Source of the DNA: Patescibacteria group bacterium
Lineage (GTDB): Bacteria > Patescibacteriota > Patescibacteriia > UM-FILTER-42-10
Assembly: GCA_041666845.1 (NCBI GenBank)
Contig: JBAYGC010000005.1
Span: 584 to 64,583, forward strand
Reading direction: 5' to 3'
Length of the DNA stretch: 64,000 nucleotides
A program made the translations under genes and the position numbers. Below the pieces are notes generated by a model. The model saw only the letters and a list, made by a program, of their open reading frames with translations. It was not told the origin of the DNA and ran no database searches. Below, one piece after another: positions 57,617-64,000 of this stretch; positions within the stretch are counted from its first letter, which is position 1; every line of letters starts with the position of its first letter.

Positions 57617-57714
57617 TTTTATATTCGAAAACTTATAAAATTTCGCCTAGCAGTGTATTTACGCATCTGTTGACACTGTAGCCAACGTTAGCTAACAAGT
57701 AAAAATTTATCGTA

Positions 57715-58938
57715 TTACTTTTCAAACACAAATATTTCTCTCATCACTTTCTGTTCCGGGCGGGAATACAGATACCCGCCCCGGGAGCTTGCGTCGGTAT
57801 ACTTCTTTATTTTAAATCCCAGCTTGCTGATATCTTCCAGGATCGGAAGATAATACTCTTTATTGTCTTTTCTCATTACCGGGAAAATGATCACTATTTT
57901 TCCGTCCTCTTTGATCAAGTTTTGAAAATTGCGGAAGGATTCAATATATAACTTAGAAAGCTCTTTGATATTTTCCTGCAATTGCATTACCGATTCACTC
58001 CCACGAAGTGGCGGTCCCAAGAAAGGCTCGGCCACAATCGCGTCTACTTTGGTTTTTAATATTTTCGGCAAATTTCGCACGTCACTTTGGAATATTTGGT
58101 AATTTTTTTCGGAAAGATTTAATTCTGAAGTTAACCATTTCAAATTATTTGTGGTGTCACTAATCGCCCTGGGGCTGATATCAGCTCCGATTACTTTTTT
58201 TACTCCCAAAAGTAAAGCTTCCTGCAGAATTGTACCTGAACCGCAAAAAGGATCCAGTAATATCCCGTCCGACTTAATTTGTGACAGATTCACCATGATC
58301 CGGGCGACCTTCGGAGGGAGCATACCGGAACGCGGATCGGCGCTCGGTCGGCCGTAATCAAACTTGCCGAAGGATTTATAATCCTGAACGGCGATGGTCT
58401 TGCCGATGAATATTTTTTCTTTTTCAAAAAAAAGGCAGAGATCCGCTCCGCGTTCGATCAGTTTATTTTCGCCGACAATCACCGAGGAAAGCGTTTTGTC
58501 TTTGGCAGTCACGAAACGGGCATTATGACCTTTTCTTTTCAGCCCCATCTTGATCTGTATTCCGTTCCTGGTTACGTCTTTTTCAAACGAGTTGGAATAT
58601 GTTCCGCCGGTTTTATACAGGCTGAAACCGAATGTGATTTTCTGGTCAGTCTGCGGGAGGTATTTGTCGATTAACCGGTCAACGGTCAGAGTTTTGAAAA
58701 TTTGTTTATTATCTTCCACTTCGTCAATAATTTTCCCGATTTTAATCGTTCCGCCCAACCTGTCTATCAGATCTTTCGTTTGAAATTTATTGTCGCCGAA
58801 TATTTTGAAATCCAAAAACAAAACATCATCAACAATTTCCGGTATTCCGTATTCACCGGGTAATGTCGGCAATATTGATTCAATCTCCGCCCGGGACAGT
58901 TTGGGCGATCTGCCTAAAATAAAGAAATATTTGTGCAT
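57715..58938 (-). CDS. TRM11/THUMP-type RNA methyltransferase
   Basis: GMLPPKVARIMVNL, LDPFCGSGTIL, EPFLGP; start re-called at MHKYF. Confidence 0.85.
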   Translation of the reverse strand: MHKYFFILGRSPKLSRAEIESILPTLPGEYGIPEIVDDVLFLDFKIFGDNKFQTKDLIDRLGGTIKIGKIIDEVEDNKQIFKTLTVDRLIDKYLPQTDQKITFGFSLYKTGGTYSNSFEKDVTRNGIQIKMGLKRKGHNARFVTAKDKTLSSVIVGENKLIERGADLCLFFEKEKIFIGKTIAVQDYKSFGKFDYGRPSADPRSGMLPPKVARIMVNLSQIKSDGILLDPFCGSGTILQEALLLGVKKVIGADISPRAISDTTNNLKWLTSELNLSEKNYQIFQSDVRNLPKILKTKVDAIVAEPFLGPPLRGSESVMQLQENIKELSKLYIESFRNFQNLIKEDGKIVIIFPVMRKDNKEYYLPILEDISKLGFKIKKYTDASSRGGYLYSRPEQKVMREIFVFEK

Positions 58939-58985
58939 ATCTGTATTATAAAGCACCCACTGTTTATGGCAAACCCCTTGATGCT

Positions 58986-59014
58986 TGACCTTACATTAAA
59001 ATTCATGTATACTG
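58986..59014 (+). promoter_or_regulatory. uvrA promoter
   Basis: TTGACC-17-TATACT. Confidence 0.65.
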
Positions 59015-59048
59015 TTATCCATTGATTAAATTTTAACAATATTCCAGC

Positions 59049-61919
59049 ATGGCCGACTCAATCGTAGTTAAGGGCGCGCGCGTCAATAATTTAAAGAATA
59101 TCGATATTACCATTCCCCGTGACCAGTTGGTTGTTATTACGGGGCTTTCCGGTTCCGGAAAATCTTCACTGGCCTTTGATACGATTTATGCCGAAGGACA
59201 AAGACGCTATGTGGAAAGTCTGTCCGCTTATGCCAGGCAGTTTTTGGGTCTGATGGATAAGCCGGACGTGGATCAGATTACCGGGCTTTCTCCCGCTATT
59301 TCCATTGATCAGAAAACAGCTTCACACAACCCGAGATCGACCGTCGGAACGGTGACGGAAATTTACGACTACCTCCGTTTGTTATACGCCCGTGCCGGTA
59401 TTCCCCACTGCCCGAAATGTGGTCGTCTGGTGGTGAAACAGAATGTTGATCAGATTGTTGAGCATGTGTTAAGCCTACCGGCGAGTACCAAGATTATGAT
59501 TATGGCGCCGGTAATTAAAGACAAAAAAGGTGAGCACAAGAAGACACTGGAAGAAATCAGAAAAGTGGGGTATGTCCGGGTGCGTTTAGACGGTGAGATA
59601 TACAGTATTGAAGAAGCGGAGGACTTGGATATTGATAAACAGAAAAAACACACGCTGGATGTGGTAGTGGACCGTCTGGAAATGAGCGCATCGATGAAAA
59701 AGGACCGTGCCCGTATTTCTGAGTCAGTAGAAACCGCTTTGGATCTGGGTAACGGAGTCCTTTTGATTTCATTTGCTGATGAAAAGAAAGCAGATTTAAT
59801 TTTCAGCCAGTATTTTGCCTGTGAAAATTGCGGAATTAATCTTTCTGAAATAGAACCGCGTAATTTTTCATTTAACAGCCCGCACGGCGCGTGTCCGGCC
59901 TGTACCGGACTTGGAACCAAGCTGGAAGTTGACCAGAAACTGATCATCCCCAACCAAAAACTTTCAATCGCCGAGGGTGCAATCCGCCCCTGGAGCCGTA
60001 CATCTTCCAGTCAGACCTGGATGCACAGAATTCTGGAAGCGGTGGCAAAAGAAAATAATTTTTCCATCAATATTCCGGTTAAAGATATGAAGAAAGAAGA
60101 CATGGATATTGTTTTATACGGTACCGGCAGCAAGGGCTACGATGTCAATAATGATTACGGTACCGGCAAAGTGAAGGAGTTTTGGACAACCTATGAAGGT
60201 GTGATTCCGAACCTGGAGCGGAGATACAAAGAAACGGACTCGGACTACATGCGCTCGGAGATAGAGCGATATATGCGTATTCATAAATGCCCGGTCTGCA
60301 ACGGCAAACGCCTGAAATTAGAAGCATTGGCAGTAACAGTCAGTGGCAAGTCGATTGATCAGGTGGTAGAAATGACAATTGATCAGGCCAGCGAATTTTT
60401 TAAAAAGCTCAGTACCAAAAACAAGGCTAATGATCCAGAAGCGCTTACTGAAAGGCAACAAAAAATTGCCAAACAAATACTGAAGGAGGTCAGATCCAGA
60501 ATCCAATTTTTGCAGAATGTCGGACTGGATTATCTGACTCTGGACCGTTCGGCATCCTCGCTTTCCGGCGGAGAGGCGCAACGCATCCGGCTAGCTACGC
60601 AGATCGGGTCTTCTCTGGTCGGTGTGGTTTACATACTGGATGAGCCGTCTATTGGTCTGCATCAACGTGATAATAACCGGTTGATTGATACGCTGAAAGA
60701 ACTGCGTGATTTAGGCAATACGGTTTTAGTAGTGGAACACGATAAAGACACGATTATGGCTGCCGATAATGTTATTGATATCGGACCGGGCGCGGGCGAG
60801 CACGGCGGAGAAGTAGTGGCACAAGGGACGCCGGAGTTTGTCGCAAAATGCAAGAAGTCGCTTACCGGACAGTACCTGGCGGGTACCAAAGAAATTCCGT
60901 CACCGAAAAAATACAGAAAAGGCAACGGAAAAAGTCTGGAGATAATCGGTGCCAGTGAGTTTAATCTGAAAAATATTAATGTATCAATTCCACTCGGAAA
61001 ATTTGTTTCCATCACCGGCGTTTCGGGATCGGGTAAATCCACATTGATGACGGAAATTCTGGCAAAATCTTTGTCTCATTATTTTTATCAGTCAAAAGAT
61101 CTGCCGGGCAAACACGAAGAAATCAAAGGGGTGGAAAACCTGGATAAAGTAATTAATATTGACCAGTCGCCGATCGGCAGAACTCCGCGCTCCAATCCGG
61201 CAACTTATACCGGAGTCTTTACTTATATCCGCGACCTGTTTACGAGAACTCCTGAAGCCAAAATTAGAGGTTATAAAGCCGGCAGATTCAGTTTCAATGT
61301 GAAGGGTGGTCGCTGCGAGGCATGCCAGGGTGATGGGGTAAAAAGAATTGAAATGCATTTCCTGCCGGACGTATTTGTGGAATGTGAAGAGTGTCATGGC
61401 AAGAGATATAACCAGCAGGCCTTGGAGATCCATTATAAAGGGAAAAATATTGCTGATATTCTAGGCATGACAGTGGAAGAAGGATTGAAGTTTTTTGACA
61501 GCATACCTGCCATCAAACAAAAAATCCAGACACTGGAAGACGTCGGCTTGAATTATATGAAACTCGGTCAGAATGCCACAACTCTGTCCGGCGGAGAAGC
61601 ACAGCGCGTCAAACTGGCGACTGAGCTGTCACGCCGTTCAACCGGCAAAACACTCTATATACTGGACGAACCGACAACCGGCCTGCATTTTGAAGACGTT
61701 AAGCGTTTACTTAGTGTATTGAACCAGCTGGTTGATAAGGGTAATACGGTCTTGATTATTGAACATAATATTGATGTGATAAAATCAACAGACTGGATTA
61801 TTGATCTTGGTCCGGAAGGTGGAGATAGGGGTGGAGAGATTGTGGCGGTTGGGACCCCACTGGATGTCGCAAAAGTCAAGGAATCATATACCGGCCAGTA
61901 TTTGAAAGCGGAAATATAA
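59049..61919 (+). CDS. uvrA: Excinuclease ABC subunit A
   Basis: GLSGSGKSS, two LSGGEAQR, Zn fingers, GVSGSGKST. Confidence 0.99.
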   Translation: MADSIVVKGARVNNLKNIDITIPRDQLVVITGLSGSGKSSLAFDTIYAEGQRRYVESLSAYARQFLGLMDKPDVDQITGLSPAISIDQKTASHNPRSTVGTVTEIYDYLRLLYARAGIPHCPKCGRLVVKQNVDQIVEHVLSLPASTKIMIMAPVIKDKKGEHKKTLEEIRKVGYVRVRLDGEIYSIEEAEDLDIDKQKKHTLDVVVDRLEMSASMKKDRARISESVETALDLGNGVLLISFADEKKADLIFSQYFACENCGINLSEIEPRNFSFNSPHGACPACTGLGTKLEVDQKLIIPNQKLSIAEGAIRPWSRTSSSQTWMHRILEAVAKENNFSINIPVKDMKKEDMDIVLYGTGSKGYDVNNDYGTGKVKEFWTTYEGVIPNLERRYKETDSDYMRSEIERYMRIHKCPVCNGKRLKLEALAVTVSGKSIDQVVEMTIDQASEFFKKLSTKNKANDPEALTERQQKIAKQILKEVRSRIQFLQNVGLDYLTLDRSASSLSGGEAQRIRLATQIGSSLVGVVYILDEPSIGLHQRDNNRLIDTLKELRDLGNTVLVVEHDKDTIMAADNVIDIGPGAGEHGGEVVAQGTPEFVAKCKKSLTGQYLAGTKEIPSPKKYRKGNGKSLEIIGASEFNLKNINVSIPLGKFVSITGVSGSGKSTLMTEILAKSLSHYFYQSKDLPGKHEEIKGVENLDKVINIDQSPIGRTPRSNPATYTGVFTYIRDLFTRTPEAKIRGYKAGRFSFNVKGGRCEACQGDGVKRIEMHFLPDVFVECEECHGKRYNQQALEIHYKGKNIADILGMTVEEGLKFFDSIPAIKQKIQTLEDVGLNYMKLGQNATTLSGGEAQRVKLATELSRRSTGKTLYILDEPTTGLHFEDVKRLLSVLNQLVDKGNTVLIIEHNIDVIKSTDWIIDLGPEGGDRGGEIVAVGTPLDVAKVKESYTGQYLKAEI

Positions 61920-61933
61920 CAGCCTATGAAAAG

Positions 61934-61978
61934 AACCCGTCTCAGGTAAGAGTATTTCTTCCTGTGGCGGGTTTTTTG
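61934..61978 (+). terminator. Terminator after uvrA
   Basis: aacccgtc..agg...cct..ggcgggtt followed by a T-run. Confidence 0.6.
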
Positions 61979-62014
61979 ATTGAGTTTTACTAACCGTCAA
62001 GCTATAATCAATAT

Positions 62015-62980
62015 ATGCAGGAAAATAACTACACAGAACTGGAAAAGGCAATTATGGCAACTTTTTGTTACTTTGACTCCTTTGATTATCCTTTGACGCT
62101 GATGGAAATAGCGAAGTGGTTGTTTACTGGAGGCAGCGGAAGAAAGTACAGTTTAAGGGAAATACTGGAAGTGCTGGAACAAAGCCCGGCCATCTCGAAA
62201 AAAATCGAAACAGAAAGAGGGTTCTATTTCTTGAGCGGGAGAGGGAATACTGTGGAAATCAGAAAGCAAAGATACCGGCTGGCGGAAGGAAAAATGAAAA
62301 GAGCGGTGCGGGTGGCGAAAATACTGCGCTATATTCCTTTTGTTAATATGATTGCCGTCTGTAATAATCTGGCCTACAGTAATGCTAGCAATCTGAGTGA
62401 TATCGATGTATTTGTAATCCTAAAACGGAATCGTCTTTGGCAAACCCGTTTTTTTGTATCGGTAGCTACCCACCTGATGAGGATGAGAAGACATCACCGT
62501 ATAATCAGCAACCGGATATGTCTAAGTTTTTACATCACCGATGAACATCTTAACCTGGAGCAATTGATGATTAAACCTTTGGATCCGTATTTTATTTATT
62601 GGTATGGGCAGTTGGTTCCGATTTATGATCATCAGAACAGTTTTAGCAATTTGGTAGCGGCAAACAAATGGATTGAAAAGTACTTGCCCAATTTGATCAT
62701 CAACAAACCGGTTCTGCGTAGGAGTGTTAAAGATACGGAGTGGTCGCTTGCGGTCAAAAAACTTCAGGAAACTGTGCTTGGCGGATCGTTCGGCAATTAT
62801 GTGGAAAAAATATTGAAAAAAATTCAGAAGAAGAAAATGATCAGCAATAAAGAAAGTAAATTGTGGGAAAATAGCACCGCCGTAATTATTAAAGACGATA
62901 TATTGAAATTCCATGAGAATGACCGGCGGAGACAGTACGCGGAAAAATTTATCAGCAAACTTGAAAGTGAGTTAAATTAA
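62015..62980 (+). CDS. Nucleotidyltransferase-fold hypothetical protein
   Basis: SDIDVFVI polymerase-beta-like motif; N-terminal YFDSFDYPLT. Confidence 0.75.
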   Translation: MQENNYTELEKAIMATFCYFDSFDYPLTLMEIAKWLFTGGSGRKYSLREILEVLEQSPAISKKIETERGFYFLSGRGNTVEIRKQRYRLAEGKMKRAVRVAKILRYIPFVNMIAVCNNLAYSNASNLSDIDVFVILKRNRLWQTRFFVSVATHLMRMRRHHRIISNRICLSFYITDEHLNLEQLMIKPLDPYFIYWYGQLVPIYDHQNSFSNLVAANKWIEKYLPNLIINKPVLRRSVKDTEWSLAVKKLQETVLGGSFGNYVEKILKKIQKKKMISNKESKLWENSTAVIIKDDILKFHENDRRRQYAEKFISKLESELN

Positions 62981-62981
62981 A

Positions 62982-64000
62982 ATGATGAAACAGAAAATTA
63001 CAAGACTGCTGGAATGGGGAATCTATCTGTGGATTTTTTTACTGCCCTGGCAGACGCGTTTGATTATTCAAGAGGGGGTATTGAATAAGGATATTTGGGA
63101 ATACGGAACGGTCAGTCTATATGTAGTTGATATTATTCTGGTTATTCTCATTATCCTGCGCATAATAACAAAAGGAGATGAAGCAAAATCGGCTATTTTT
63201 CGGATCCGCACTTTGAGCGTCTGGCCGTTTGCAGTCGGGCTTCTGGTAGTTTCATTTATTTCCATCTATTGGGCACGCGATTCCTACGTTTCGTTATACG
63301 GAGTAATAAAAGTTGCTGAAGGGGTAATCTTGTATTGGCTGGTTTCAACCAGCAAGTTTGATTTAAGCAAAGCCAGCGTTGCATTTGTTGCCTCTGCCGT
63401 TATTCAGAGTGTAATTGGCATTGTTCAATTTACATTCCAAAAAACAATCAGTTCCAAATGGCTGGGCATGGCTTCCCACGAATCCTTTGTTTCCGGTACC
63501 AGCGTTGTGGAGACGGCCACTAACCGTTTTTTGCGGGCGTACGGATCATTGCCCCATCCGAATATTTTAGCCGGCTTCTTGGTTATTGGTTTTATTATTT
63601 TACTGGGATTGTATCTGGATAAAAAAAATTATCTCAATCAGTTTATTCCCGGGGCGTTTGTTCTACTGACCGCCGGTTTGTTTTTCTCATTTTCACGCGC
63701 CGGTTGGCTAGGATTATTGTTGGCGATAATATTTTTTCTTATCATCGCTTTATACAAGTCAAAAATGTGGAGGCCGGAGATTGCCAAAGTTGTCAGCATT
63801 ATCGTCGCGGTATTTCTAATATTGATCATGATCTATCCGGAAACTTTTTCCACCAGAATTGTATCGTCATCCCGTTTGGAACAGAAATCATTTACCGACC
63901 GCGCGACTTATTTTCAACAGGCAACGGAATTACTGGGGGAAAACTGGTTACACGGAGTCGGTGTGAATAATTATACTCTGGCGGTGGAAGACAGTGTTGA
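62982..64000 (+). CDS. O-antigen ligase family membrane protein (3' truncated by window edge)
   Basis: Not in the ORF track because no stop is reached; MMKQKITRLLEW..., RAYGSLPHPNILAGFL, FSFSRAGWLG. Confidence 0.85.
   Translation, partial: MMKQKITRLLEWGIYLWIFLLPWQTRLIIQEGVLNKDIWEYGTVSLYVVDIILVILIILRIITKGDEAKSAIFRIRTLSVWPFAVGLLVVSFISIYWARDSYVSLYGVIKVAEGVILYWLVSTSKFDLSKASVAFVASAVIQSVIGIVQFTFQKTISSKWLGMASHESFVSGTSVVETATNRFLRAYGSLPHPNILAGFLVIGFIILLGLYLDKKNYLNQFIPGAFVLLTAGLFFSFSRAGWLGLLLAIIFFLIIALYKSKMWRPEIAKVVSIIVAVFLILIMIYPETFSTRIVSSSRLEQKSFTDRATYFQQATELLGENWLHGVGVNNYTLAVEDSV

Noticed and set aside
50881-57700. Prophage or integrative element explaining the accessory region
   Set aside because: No integrase, transposase, replication or virion genes and no flanking direct repeats found.

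Overview
Bacterial chromosome segment, most likely Patescibacteria/CPR (inferred from gene neighbourhoods such as rpsF-ssb-rpsR-efp and secG plus a family-5 solute-binding protein, and from A/T-rich leaders lacking Shine-Dalgarno (SD) sites). The housekeeping backbone is rpoBC, ftsK, recA, efp, rpsR/ssb/rpsF, uvrC, pcrA, secG, tRNA-Leu, rnj, trpS, murI, gpmI, a phosphomannomutase/phosphoglucomutase, glyA, folD, ychF and uvrA. Two accessory regions interrupt it (about 13.1-26.2 kb and 50.9-57.7 kb) and hold three notable layers. (1) About nine stand-alone, mostly GC-rich genes, each with a strong SD and usually its own TTGAC(A/T) promoter and terminator, unlike most core genes. They include an ACP-like protein lacking its DSL loop, a motif-dead paralog of the adjacent DHH/MYG1-like gene and a DGR-target-like protein. 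(2) AT-rich co-oriented genes individually bracketed by inverted repeats with attC-like ends, read as degenerate integron-type cassettes with no integrase in the window. They include a caspase-like protease and a HEPN-like protein. (3) A four-copy 46-bp non-coding element, a duplicated promoter module and nested REP-like palindromes that mark the boundaries of the first accessory region. All alignments and counts were done by eye; no database searches were run.
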